IMG/VR virus record: IMGVR_UViG_3300014720_000003
Span: 64,001 to 128,000 of that record
Source of the DNA: a virus
Direction: 5' to 3' (one strand)
DNA length: 64,000 bases
Both the position numbers and the translations under genes were made by a program. Shown piece by piece: positions 10,823 through 20,586 of this stretch. A model generated the notes under the pieces. It had not been told where the DNA came from. It ran no database searches and saw only the letters and a list, made by a program, of their open reading frames with translations. Numbering within the stretch: the first letter of the stretch is position 1; every line of letters starts with the position of its first letter.

Positions 10823-10829
10823 AAATCAC

Positions 10830-11567
10830 CTATTTCCAGTTATTATCATACCCAAGTATATTATCCGGTATGGAGTTTGTTTGTTGGTAACTAGATAACG
10901 ATGTTACAATTTTTACAGCATCGTCATGCGATATATGATAGATATTTTTGGAGTCTATAGCAAGAGATTCTAGTAATTTAGTCACATTAATATTAATACG
11001 TTTAGCTAATACGTCTATAAAATTAATCTGATTATTCGTGATCTTGTCCACAGTATTATGATCAGGATGATCCTCAATATCTTTGGCCAATTCTTCAGCG
11101 GCCACAACTTTTCGTAGTTTTAGTGCTCGTCTTAATGCTCGTCCTTCTGCTCTTGTTTCTGCCACAGCAACCGGGTGGTTGCGATAAACCTTGTCACAAT
11201 TACCCCAATAAACGTCCGCAGCGCCACTAACAGAGCGATGATTTAAATTATGGTCCTTGGACTCATCCCTATTTAAATAGTAGCTCAGTTTGTGAACAAC
11301 TGTGGCTCTTTTTTCGTTATCTGGAGATGGACTCTGAACCACCTCTGAATTAGAATCCAGAATTGTACAGTTAAGGGCTATCTCAAAAATTCTTCGTAAT
11401 CCATCTGTTGTTGGATTGCCCATTATTTTTTCATCTTCTGATAGTAAACTCAGCACATAGTCTGTCCACTCTAAATCATTGGGTGTGAGATTAGCATTTG
11501 TAATTTCAACACTCACAGTAGCATTGATAGTTTCTGTCGTGGTTTCCTTTTTTGATCTAGCCATCAT
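10830..11567 (-). CDS. putative single-strand annealing protein (Rad52/ERF-like)
   Basis: VSGAADV...AVAETRAEGRALRRAL helix motif; C-terminal ITNNQI.FI..L small domain. Confidence 0.45.
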   Translation of the reverse strand: MMARSKKETTTETINATVSVEITNANLTPNDLEWTDYVLSLLSEDEKIMGNPTTDGLRRIFEIALNCTILDSNSEVVQSPSPDNEKRATVVHKLSYYLNRDESKDHNLNHRSVSGAADVYWGNCDKVYRNHPVAVAETRAEGRALRRALKLRKVVAAEELAKDIEDHPDHNTVDKITNNQINFIDVLAKRININVTKLLESLAIDSKNIYHISHDDAVKIVTSLSSYQQTNSIPDNILGYDNNWK

Positions 11568-12355
11568 TCGTCTCCTAGATTAATAATTTTACTATTGGGC
11601 ATGTTTTTTCCTTTGATACTATCTAATATCTCTAGTAATTGGTTAAATATAATAAGTCCTCTTGATGGAGAAAAGTCTTTTGTTTGTTTGATTCTGATTA
11701 AATATAGACCTTTACCTAGAATTAATCCTGTTTTTTTATCATCATACTTTTTATTACGTTTTAGAGCATCATCGCCCCACACTGGTTCAAAATGCGATGG
11801 ACCATCAACTTCAATGGCCGCATTTAGTTTAGGTAGAAACAGATCAATTTGCAACTTTGTATTTAGTATGCTTTGCTCTTTGTGGAATTCAACAGAAAAT
11901 CCCTTTGATAATAACTTAGTATGTAAAAATTTTTCTAATTTGGATCCTGTTTTGCTACTTTGTCTCACAGCATCATTAGCTTGTTTTAACATATACTGTT
12001 TTTCATCATCGCTTTTCTTTTCCCAATTCAAACGAGCTTTAGTTTTTCTGTCTTTAATTTCTTTATCATCCATTCCCTCCCAAACCTGTAAAACAGATAA
12101 TCCTATCTTGGATTTGGTTTCATTAGATCTTTGTTTGCCTTGTGTCGGATGCTGAGTTTTACCCAAAGCCAAAGCATTCTTTTGTGCTTCGCTTTTATTA
12201 CGAATCTTAATCTTATATTTTATAGCATCTCTGCGTAATTTATTAGCATAAGTCCCGCATTCACTAGCTATATCTTGAAAACTTTTATTATTTTTTTCGT
12301 ATTCTTTTATTAAGAAGTTTTTTTTGTCATTATCAGATAGCTTATCATATTTCAT
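11564..12355 (-). CDS. Vsr/DUF559-like PD-(D/E)xK endonuclease with NUMOD3-like DNA-binding segment (homing endonuclease-like)
   Basis: GKQRSNETKSKIG; IDLFLPKLNAAIEVDGPSH..D..K. Confidence 0.7.
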   Translation of the reverse strand: MKYDKLSDNDKKNFLIKEYEKNNKSFQDIASECGTYANKLRRDAIKYKIKIRNKSEAQKNALALGKTQHPTQGKQRSNETKSKIGLSVLQVWEGMDDKEIKDRKTKARLNWEKKSDDEKQYMLKQANDAVRQSSKTGSKLEKFLHTKLLSKGFSVEFHKEQSILNTKLQIDLFLPKLNAAIEVDGPSHFEPVWGDDALKRNKKYDDKKTGLILGKGLYLIRIKQTKDFSPSRGLIIFNQLLEILDSIKGKNMPNSKIINLGDE

Positions 12356-12714
12356 AGTTGAATCTCTTCTATCTTTGCGTTGTTATTAGTTAATAGTTTA
12401 TATTGATTCAATGTTTTTCTATCAAGTTTTTGTGAAACACAATCATTAATATCAACATACAGATATATATCTTTTGATAAGAGATTATCGTGTTGTATAA
12501 GATCTTGATAATTTAAAAAAACTATAGTGCCATCATAATTATGCATATAATAGTCTAGAAGAACAGCATATTTTTGATTTTCCCATCCGTCACTATTCGT
12601 AAATATATTGAAATCAATCAAACTATATTTTTGTGTAAAAAATACTTTAATTAATTCTATAATAGAAGCATTTTCGAGAAAACTATTAGTAAAAATAGAT
12701 ATTTTATGTTTCAT
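12352..12714 (-). CDS. hypothetical protein
   Basis: ORF track; ATGA-coupled on both sides. Confidence 0.6.
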   Translation of the reverse strand: MKHKISIFTNSFLENASIIELIKVFFTQKYSLIDFNIFTNSDGWENQKYAVLLDYYMHNYDGTIVFLNYQDLIQHDNLLSKDIYLYVDINDCVSQKLDRKTLNQYKLLTNNNAKIEEIQL

Positions 12715-13355
12715 ATTCTTTGATAGGTTGTTGGTTTAAGATTAATATTGAATGGTTTGACTATACAATTATTAGACACTGTAAGTTTATTAATTAGTTC
12801 AAAAATAAAATAGTTGTGTACGATATTGGTTTCTAATACTGTTTTCATATATGAGGCATGATCTTTAGACAAGTAATAGATGTCATATAGGTAATTATCT
12901 AAATCATAACTAATATTCTCAATAATTTTGTTGTTAATAATACAACCTAATTTATTCTTAGTGTGCTTATTAATAAAAATCTGAGTACCATCAGATGTAT
13001 CAAATTTATTAAATAGCCTAACACTCAAATTACTATCACCAAACAATATCAAACAATCACTATCTAAATAATCTTTAGCCAAATATAAACTATGAGCATA
13101 ATTATATTGATCATATTCAGAATTATAAATTAAATTGACGTTTTTTAATAAGTGATCATGCTTAGAGATAAAACTCAGAAATTTTTTATTATCAAATCCG
13201 TATACATATGCTATAGTGGGGTTGTCGAATACTGTATTAATAATTCCTAGCTGATTTTGTAAAATAGTTTGATGGTTGGAGGTTTTTAATAAACCCACAC
13301 ACCCTTTGGATTTCATTCGCTTTTGAAATTTATCTCCCAGTATAATAATATTCAT
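12711..13355 (-). CDS. nucleotidyltransferase-fold protein (LicC/GlmU-like), degenerate signature
   Basis: IIILG...RMKS, TILQNQL, YVYGF, LIYN.EY..YN..HSL.LA, LILFGD. Confidence 0.6.
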   Translation of the reverse strand: MNIIILGDKFQKRMKSKGCVGLLKTSNHQTILQNQLGIINTVFDNPTIAYVYGFDNKKFLSFISKHDHLLKNVNLIYNSEYDQYNYAHSLYLAKDYLDSDCLILFGDSNLSVRLFNKFDTSDGTQIFINKHTKNKLGCIINNKIIENISYDLDNYLYDIYYLSKDHASYMKTVLETNIVHNYFIFELINKLTVSNNCIVKPFNINLKPTTYQRI

Positions 13356-14110
13356 ACAAACATATATTTAGTATCATCATTTAGTAGATTGGTATTTTCT
13401 ATTTTCCTAACATATCGATATACTGATGCACTATATACTATACATGTCTTATTTTTATCTGAAACCACCATTATCTGTCCCATATCTTTATGTACAATCT
13501 CATTTGTTTTAATAATTGGATTGAGATTACTCACAGGACCACTTATCTGAACAATAAACCTAGATTTAATATTTGTGTATAGAATACTATTAATAATTGA
13601 CTCATCAGTAACATCTTCATCTAAAATACTCTGTATGCGCCAACCACAAGATATATTACATTCATCTATCAAACTATTCATCATACCAAAGGTATAAATT
13701 AATGATTGTGATTTACGACGTAAGAAAATGATTTTTTTTGGAGGACCGACCGTATTATCCATAAGGTTGGAGCATAAAGTTTTTAAGTCGGATGGGTTCT
13801 CAAATCCATGTAAACTAATAATCACAGTATAATGTAATCTATTTGTCTCTGTAAATTTAGTGATTTTATCATCCAAGCACGCATCCGCTAGACCAAATTG
13901 TTCAAACCATTTGTTTTCCCTATATCCAATACATTTTTTATTATTGATAATATAAAATTCTTTCTCATTATCATATGCTTCGATAATTTCAACATTATTC
14001 TGTCGTAATTTATTAATAAAATCTAATGAGCAGTTTGTTTGTGTATTTTCATCATATTTGGCGAATACACAATTTTTGCATGAAGTATGAATAGCGCTGA
14101 TGGTTGTCAT
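13352..14110 (-). CDS. hypothetical protein with N-terminal Cys motif
   Basis: HTSCKNCVFA...C...C; coupled ORF. Confidence 0.6.
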   Translation of the reverse strand: MTTISAIHTSCKNCVFAKYDENTQTNCSLDFINKLRQNNVEIIEAYDNEKEFYIINNKKCIGYRENKWFEQFGLADACLDDKITKFTETNRLHYTVIISLHGFENPSDLKTLCSNLMDNTVGPPKKIIFLRRKSQSLIYTFGMMNSLIDECNISCGWRIQSILDEDVTDESIINSILYTNIKSRFIVQISGPVSNLNPIIKTNEIVHKDMGQIMVVSDKNKTCIVYSASVYRYVRKIENTNLLNDDTKYMFV

Positions 14111-15726
14111 GGAATAAAATCCTCTTTGGCTATAGAATTTTTGTTTGTTCTCATCTGTTCACAAACAATTTTATTATTTAGGAATGATTCTAGAATAGCA
14201 ATAACATCTTGATGACCAAAGGTTTTAAAATGACCATTCTGAACTATTACACTATTAATAAAATCCTTGATTAACATTTGTATTGGTGCTGTATTAATTA
14301 AGTATGGTTCATTAATTACATGAGAACACATGAATTCAACAAATTCTTTTTTTGATATTGTGGATGGAATCGATACATTCGTATGGTTTGTTGTATATTT
14401 TTCTGATGTATCCCAATTTGTTTTCTGATTATTTTTTATATGATCAAAGGCAGCATTCCATGTTTGATAAACATTATCCCAAGAATATTTTTCAATACAT
14501 TTCTCTCTGATATGATCACTATTAGGAATAGTAATAGTCTTATTAAAGAATTGAGTTAGTAAATTGATAGTATAGTTGTTATCTGGAAGTGCTCTTAAAG
14601 CATTACTTTCCATTTCCCTAAATAGGGAACACGGTATTTTATACCCTAATAAATTATCAGCAATTTCGGACATAGCACTATAATCCACAACCATAATAGG
14701 AATGCCACAAGATGCAGCCTCTATTTGTGGAATACCAAATCCTTCACATATAGCATATTGTAGATAAACATCGAACAGATTATATATCTCACTCAATTGT
14801 GAAGTAGACACCGAATTAGTTGTACTAGTAAATCGTGCATTATAAGATCCACAACTTGTACACTTTGTCGTAATCCCATTAAATTTAGAAGGGAAAAAAC
14901 TATTACATGATTTACACAAATAGGTAAAATAAACCCTATCAGCAACACCATATTCTAAAAGAAGCGAGGGAATATCCCACCCAGCCTCTTCTGGATAACT
15001 AGTATGAAGATATAATACTGTATTTGTTGAATTACTAGGATTCTTAATAAATTCATTTAATACTAATATAAGATCAGCTAGTAATTTACGCTTTTGATTA
15101 CGCATTACTGTGCCAATCACATTAATTTTGTTTGTACCTAAATATTTGGTTTTGTGTTCATCTTTATTATATATTGGTTTAAATATATTGTAATCTACTC
15201 CAGCATTAGCGATTTGTGGGAATAGATTAATAGTATCTCCACACTCTTGTATTAGGGTGTCTTTGGCCCATTGAGTATATGGAACTACTAAATCACTATT
15301 TTTAAATGTAATTTTCCAATCTATGCGCTGAGGAGCAGAATCTACTGTTGGCATTATTACCCAATTATAAAATCTACGATATGGGCTGGTTTCTTGATAC
15401 GCGCTCATCCAATAGTCTCTAACATCAAAAACTATATCAGGATTAAAGTCTGCTAAAACCCTATTAAATCTCCAAAGACCAAACTGATTAAGGTTGTTAC
15501 TTTTATAAGTGTTGTATCTTTCGTCATTAACAGGCACAGCATTAGCATAGAACCGCCAGGGAATATCTTTAATTCTGGTATTTAAATGATCAACAAAACA
15601 ACCTAATTCTGCTACTTCATACTCTTCGTTTTTATGTAGTCGTGAGAGAATTTCCTTACCATAAATACCATAACCGGTATCTAAAAAACTAGCATCGTTA
15701 CATAGTAAAATTTTTGTTTTTTTCAT
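14107..15726 (-). CDS. GT-B (GT4-like) glycosyltransferase with Zn-ribbon insertion
   Basis: TGYG, RNQKRK, EGFGIPQIEAASCG; CKSC...CTSC insert. Confidence 0.85.
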   Translation of the reverse strand: MKKTKILLCNDASFLDTGYGIYGKEILSRLHKNEEYEVAELGCFVDHLNTRIKDIPWRFYANAVPVNDERYNTYKSNNLNQFGLWRFNRVLADFNPDIVFDVRDYWMSAYQETSPYRRFYNWVIMPTVDSAPQRIDWKITFKNSDLVVPYTQWAKDTLIQECGDTINLFPQIANAGVDYNIFKPIYNKDEHKTKYLGTNKINVIGTVMRNQKRKLLADLILVLNEFIKNPSNSTNTVLYLHTSYPEEAGWDIPSLLLEYGVADRVYFTYLCKSCNSFFPSKFNGITTKCTSCGSYNARFTSTTNSVSTSQLSEIYNLFDVYLQYAICEGFGIPQIEAASCGIPIMVVDYSAMSEIADNLLGYKIPCSLFREMESNALRALPDNNYTINLLTQFFNKTITIPNSDHIREKCIEKYSWDNVYQTWNAAFDHIKNNQKTNWDTSEKYTTNHTNVSIPSTISKKEFVEFMCSHVINEPYLINTAPIQMLIKDFINSVIVQNGHFKTFGHQDVIAILESFLNNKIVCEQMRTNKNSIAKEDFIP

Positions 15727-15742
15727 GTTATAGAATACAGAC

Positions 15743-15767
15743 CCCTGGCACCATTGAGATGCCAGGG
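15743..15767 (-). terminator. hairpin downstream of ssb (possible terminator/processing stem)
   Basis: CCCTGGCA-9nt-TGCCAGGG perfect 8-bp GC-rich stem; only a weak U-tract. Confidence 0.55.
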
Positions 15768-15790
15768 ATCTATATTAGAGATACTTAAAA

Positions 15791-16162
15791 TCAGAACGCA
15801 ACAGCGTCGGCTGTTTTTTCTGATCTTTTGGTTTTTGAGATTTTACCAAAATTATTAACTCTGACCTTTAGAGTATTATGTTTTACTCCATCCTTTTCCC
15901 AACTGTCATTACGTAATGATCCTTCGATAATTACTAGATCTCCCTTCTTCAACGAAGATGAAATGGCCTCAGCGCCACTATCCCATGCTTCACACTGAAT
16001 AAATGAGGTAATTTTATCTTGTGTACCATTAGCCTTGGTGAATTCTCTTGATGTGGCAACAGTAAAATTAACCACATAAGTTTGTTTATCACCAGTTGTA
16101 ATAACTCTGAGTTCCGGATCCCTAGCTAAATTACCTTTAATCATAACAATATTCATATACAT
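15791..16162 (-). CDS. ssb: single-stranded DNA-binding protein
   Basis: GNLARDPELR, KGDLVIIEGSL..DSWEKDG; short C-tail ending AF. Confidence 0.95.
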   Translation of the reverse strand: MYMNIVMIKGNLARDPELRVITTGDKQTYVVNFTVATSREFTKANGTQDKITSFIQCEAWDSGAEAISSSLKKGDLVIIEGSLRNDSWEKDGVKHNTLKVRVNNFGKISKTKRSEKTADAVAF

Positions 16163-16198
16163 CTCCTTGTTAATTTAAAACCAAACCTGACCTGACAT

Positions 16199-16226
16199 AT
16201 TGTAAGCTCGACGGGACACAAGTCAA
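16199..16226 (-). promoter_or_regulatory. sigma70-type promoter upstream of ssb
   Basis: TTGACT-16nt-TACAAT followed by AAGGAG RBS. Confidence 0.7.
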
Positions 16227-17848
16227 GCCCTTGGAATATAAGCCTTTTCCACAATTAGGCCATCACCAGTTTTTGATTTATTTCCCTTTAATATGATAAC
16301 ATTACCAACGAATAATATATTCTTATATTCTTTATACTTTTCTGGAAACATTATAACCGAATCCAAAGAGCCTGTGCTATCAATTATTGTAAGAAATGCC
16401 ATCTCTGATCCTGGATTTTTTCCTGATTTTGTTTTTGTTACACTAATAAAATCTATTTCTCCACCGATAATTAAATTATCTTTCATAGTAGTTGTTTTAA
16501 ACTCTTTACATGTAATATTTGTCATACTAATATCATACATGTCTATTTTTGAGCAAGAGATTGAGTATCCTAGTAAGGAATCTTCACAGTCAGATATCCA
16601 TTCAGGACTATCTTGTAAAGAATACGGGGGATTTTTTAATGAATTGATCATATCTTGTATAGCATTTTTTCTATTTTTATTAATTTTAGACTGACCAAGA
16701 ACTAATGATAATAGTTCACTGAGCTTGTGTTTATCTTTAAATTCTTTCACATAACTACTTAAAATTTCTAACTCCTTTTTTGTCAAACCACTCACGGTGT
16801 TGTATTCGAACAACATTTTGTTTCTGGATATTTTAAAAAATCCAAGAGATCCACTTTGAATTAATGCTTTCGATGCTGTACTATTAATATTAATTAAGAC
16901 AAATAATAAACACTCAAACCAACACATAGAGTTAAAATCTATTTGTGTAGATAATTTAGTAATCTTATCAAACACAGAAGATCCAACACCCTTGATATCA
17001 GTTAAACCAAAATAAATTTTATTATCATGCAGAATGAAAAATTCGTTTTTTAATCTCAAATCCGGATTATGTACAGAAATATCCATCTCGCTGGCATTAA
17101 GTATTAACTCCTTAATTTCTGCTTGAGGGTCTATTTTATCTTTAGCAAATCGCAGATACGAAGCAAAGAATATTTTCGGAAAGTGTGCTTTAGCATATGC
17201 CGATAAATAAGCATTAACAGCATAACTTACAGCATGACTTTTATTAAAAGAATATCTCTGACTTTTTTCGATCCATCCAAAAATTTGTTCAGCCTGTTCT
17301 TGAGTAACTAGGCTCATAGCACTAGCGCCATCCATAAATTTGGATTTAACTTTGGCCATTTCTTCTGGTTTCTTTTTACCAATAGCTTTGCGCAACATAT
17401 CTGCTTCTTGAAGATTGAAACCGGCGACTACCTTAACAATCTCCATTGCTTGTTCTTGATAAACCATCTCTCCATATGTATTCTCTAATACTTCTTTCAA
17501 GCAAGGATGAAAATAATCTACTGATTCTAGTCCATTTTTTTTATCTATATAATGATGACTAACACTTTTACCATCTCTAATAGCTTCCAAACAACCAGGA
17601 CGCATAATGCTTATGAGCGCTGATAGTTGTTCTATATTAGATGGTTTCAATTTCTTAGCCATAGATCTACCAAGGCGACTCTCTAATTGAAAGCACCCTT
17701 TTGTATTTCCATCTGATATAAGATCCCAGGTTCTTTGACAGTCTAGGGTTATATGATCTATAGAAGGATCAAAAGTGATCTGTGTGGAACCATTGTTTTC
17801 TACAATAGGAAACTTACACCCACACGAATATGAAAAATGTTTAGACAT
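16223..17848 (-). CDS. dnaE: DNA polymerase III alpha, C-terminal half (fingers, HhH, OB-fold)
   Basis: GCFQLES, MRPG, YQEQAM, ADMLRKAIGKKK, YSFNKSHAVSY, GLTDIKGVG, MAFLTIIDSTG. Confidence 0.92.
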   Translation of the reverse strand: MSKHFSYSCGCKFPIVENNGSTQITFDPSIDHITLDCQRTWDLISDGNTKGCFQLESRLGRSMAKKLKPSNIEQLSALISIMRPGCLEAIRDGKSVSHHYIDKKNGLESVDYFHPCLKEVLENTYGEMVYQEQAMEIVKVVAGFNLQEADMLRKAIGKKKPEEMAKVKSKFMDGASAMSLVTQEQAEQIFGWIEKSQRYSFNKSHAVSYAVNAYLSAYAKAHFPKIFFASYLRFAKDKIDPQAEIKELILNASEMDISVHNPDLRLKNEFFILHDNKIYFGLTDIKGVGSSVFDKITKLSTQIDFNSMCWFECLLFVLININSTASKALIQSGSLGFFKISRNKMLFEYNTVSGLTKKELEILSSYVKEFKDKHKLSELLSLVLGQSKINKNRKNAIQDMINSLKNPPYSLQDSPEWISDCEDSLLGYSISCSKIDMYDISMTNITCKEFKTTTMKDNLIIGGEIDFISVTKTKSGKNPGSEMAFLTIIDSTGSLDSVIMFPEKYKEYKNILFVGNVIILKGNKSKTGDGLIVEKAYIPRA

Positions 17849-18539
17849 TACTGCTTGAGAATGCGTTTCTAAATTTAACTTTCTGTCCTAGATTTCTATG
17901 TAACTTAAGAAAACGCACAATAATTTGAGCGGTATCCTTTACATCTTGCAAAGCATCATGAGCATTATCCTTGGATAACCCAAAATAATCTCTCACATTA
18001 TCTAGTGTGTAGTTTTTTAAATCGTTATTGTTTTCAAACCAATAAAACATCAAATTCATACCATCAACAACATCTCGTGGATAGAATAAATTGGTCCTAT
18101 GTTCTTTATTTAGGTTACCATATTTACGGCTTAATCTATCAATAATATGTAAATCAAACCGATTAATATTATATCCAGCAGCTATTGGTGCTGTAAATTG
18201 ACTTTTTTTGGATGATCTAGTATGATATTTTTCTAAATAATTTACAAATATCTTCCAAGAGTGATCCTGTTTAGGATATTTATACCATGACTTTAGGACC
18301 TCTTCTTTGGAACACCCCTTAACCTTTGAATGAAAGTCCAGAATATCAGTTTCATAAGTGTAGTTCTCTGTATTTTCTAGAACCTCTGGCTTAAAGTGGA
18401 TATTTAATTCTGAATCATCTATTACTTCTAAACTAATAGGATCTATAATAATAGCAGCCAGTTGCACGGGACTGCATACCGATGGATCAGAGCCATCTGT
18501 TTCAAAATCAAAAACACAAATTTTGTTATAGTTAATCAT
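17841..18539 (-). CDS. DEDDh 3'-5' exonuclease (DnaQ/epsilon-like)
   Basis: VFDFETDG, GYNINRFD, AHDALQDV. Confidence 0.9.
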   Translation of the reverse strand: MINYNKICVFDFETDGSDPSVCSPVQLAAIIIDPISLEVIDDSELNIHFKPEVLENTENYTYETDILDFHSKVKGCSKEEVLKSWYKYPKQDHSWKIFVNYLEKYHTRSSKKSQFTAPIAAGYNINRFDLHIIDRLSRKYGNLNKEHRTNLFYPRDVVDGMNLMFYWFENNNDLKNYTLDNVRDYFGLSKDNAHDALQDVKDTAQIIVRFLKLHRNLGQKVKFRNAFSSSNV

Positions 18540-18715
18540 TCAGAGACCACTACCTCTTGAGTTGGTTGTACAAAAATTCTATTCTGCACATTCTGTACAG
18601 CTATTGCATTTATAGATTTGCAACAACTAACCTTTGCAGTATCGACCTTTTTATATTGTGTTTCATTTAGAGTAAATACCGAACCAACGGATACTTCTTG
18701 AAACTGCTTATTCAT
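18536..18715 (-). CDS. 59-aa small protein not in track
   Basis: Manual translation MNKQFQEVSVGSVFTLNETQYKKVDTAKVSCCKSINAIAVQNVQNRIFVQPTQEVVVSE; ATGA overlaps at both ends, AAGGAG RBS. Confidence 0.75.
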   Translation of the reverse strand: MNKQFQEVSVGSVFTLNETQYKKVDTAKVSCCKSINAIAVQNVQNRIFVQPTQEVVVSE

Positions 18716-20586
18716 ATATTAACTCCTTTACTAAGTAAATTTTGAATAGTCATAATCTTATCTAACATTGCAACACCGAGAATATCGAATTTAATTATAC
18801 CAATATTTTCTAGATCTTGCATTTCCATACCAGCAATCATTTGTTCGTTCTTGGTGTCATAAATCATTGGACATATTTGATGCAAAGGCTCCGAGCTAAT
18901 AGCGATACCAGCGGCGTGTTTTGATTGATTCGACTTTGTTCCTTCTAATCTTATAGCCTGTTCGAATCTTTTGGCCAGTGGTCCCTGAAGCTCGCCATTA
19001 TCGTCGATGTAACACCATTCTCTAAGTTTATCTCCATTATTTTCCAATGCCCATCTAATAATTGATGCCTCACCTGTCTCTTCTTTCATTTCCTGAAGAT
19101 CATCAGCTATTTTAGCTTCGTCCGGAATATTTTTAGTTATACGATTCATTTCTTCGAAACCAATATTACCATATACTCTTAAAACATCCTTAAGAGCACC
19201 CCTACCCTTTATAGTATTGAAGGTAATCATTTGTGCAACTTTATCCACACCATATTTATTTTTTATGTATTCTATGATATATTCTCTTTTATCTATAGGC
19301 ACATCCACATCAATATCTGGCATACTTATTCTATCCTTCGTATTCCTACCAGAATTATAAAATCTATCAAAAAATAAGTTATATTTGATAGGATCTATAT
19401 TTGTAATACCAATAAGATAAGATACTAAACAACCAGCCGCAGAACCCCTACCAGGACCGGGTAACCAACTATTGTCCTTCACATATTTTACAATATCTTG
19501 AACTATTAAAAAATAGCTACTGAGATCAGCACCCTGTAAAACATCTAACTCATATTTTATGCGATCCACATATTGCTGCTGATGTTCTTTTGGTATATTA
19601 TTGGCAATTTTATCTTTCCAGCCCTTTCTACAAAGCTCTCTTAAATATTCAGCATCATCATATCCTGTTGGACACTGAAATGGTGGCAACCTAGGTTTGC
19701 TCAAAATATCATAATCCTCTATTAAATTTGCTACATAATTTGTATTACTGATTTCCTCTAGTGTATGCAGATCGTTAATTTCTTCTTGAGATGGAATATG
19801 GTAATTTTCAGAAATAAAGAAACACCCCAGTGGAACCTGTTCGTCGTTGCTGAGTTTGCGACTAATTTCTGGAAATGTTGTTTTTAAATTATTGCATAAT
19901 AATATACGTTGATCAACAGCGTCTTCTTTTTTACAGTAGTGAGCATCCGGGGTGCAAATAACCTTAGTGTCGGTTTCTTTACCTATGGTCCTAATAGCAT
20001 CAGTTAATAGAATTTGTACTGGAAGATTATCTTTATCAATTAATTGTGCTTCTAAAAACACATGATTATTGAATATCTTTTTAAGATATCTCACATGTTC
20101 TATTCCTAGAGATAACCAATTGTCTTTTAGATTATAGTTATCCAAAATTAGATCGGCTAAAGTTGAGCCCAAATGCCCTGTGATCGCTACTAAATGACCA
20201 TTGTTGAGTTTGGCTAAAGTTTGCAGATCTAATCTGGGTTTATGATAATAATATTCTGGTTTATTAGATTCTGATACTATTCTAATTAGGTCTTTCCATC
20301 CGTTATAGTTACGAGCAAGCACAATAAAATGAGATAGAGATCTATTTTCTTTATCCTTAAATGATGGGTCTTGATCACATATGTATAGTTCACACCCCAA
20401 AATGGGCTTAATACCAGCTGCCTTCATGGCAGTGTAAAACTTTATTGCACCAGCAATATTACCATGATCAGTAAGAGCACAAGCAGATGCTCCAATTTCT
20501 TTACATCTTTCTGCCATTGATTTTGGCTGAGATAAACCATCCAATAAACTATACATGGAATGGCAATGTAATGGTATATAGTTCAT
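18712..20586 (-). CDS. dnaE: DNA polymerase III alpha, N-terminal half (PHP + palm/thumb)
   Basis: LHCHSMYSLLDG, LTDHGN, GPGRGSAAGCLV, MPDIDVD, HAAGI, IKFDILG. Confidence 0.95.
   Translation of the reverse strand: MNYIPLHCHSMYSLLDGLSQPKSMAERCKEIGASACALTDHGNIAGAIKFYTAMKAAGIKPILGCELYICDQDPSFKDKENRSLSHFIVLARNYNGWKDLIRIVSESNKPEYYYHKPRLDLQTLAKLNNGHLVAITGHLGSTLADLILDNYNLKDNWLSLGIEHVRYLKKIFNNHVFLEAQLIDKDNLPVQILLTDAIRTIGKETDTKVICTPDAHYCKKEDAVDQRILLCNNLKTTFPEISRKLSNDEQVPLGCFFISENYHIPSQEEINDLHTLEEISNTNYVANLIEDYDILSKPRLPPFQCPTGYDDAEYLRELCRKGWKDKIANNIPKEHQQQYVDRIKYELDVLQGADLSSYFLIVQDIVKYVKDNSWLPGPGRGSAAGCLVSYLIGITNIDPIKYNLFFDRFYNSGRNTKDRISMPDIDVDVPIDKREYIIEYIKNKYGVDKVAQMITFNTIKGRGALKDVLRVYGNIGFEEMNRITKNIPDEAKIADDLQEMKEETGEASIIRWALENNGDKLREWCYIDDNGELQGPLAKRFEQAIRLEGTKSNQSKHAAGIAISSEPLHQICPMIYDTKNEQMIAGMEMQDLENIGIIKFDILGVAMLDKIMTIQNLLSKGVNI

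Noticed and set aside
17849-18711. Group I/II intron or split intein joining the dnaE halves
   Set aside because: The interval is fully occupied by two coupled ORFs; no intein blocks or recognisable intron structure.
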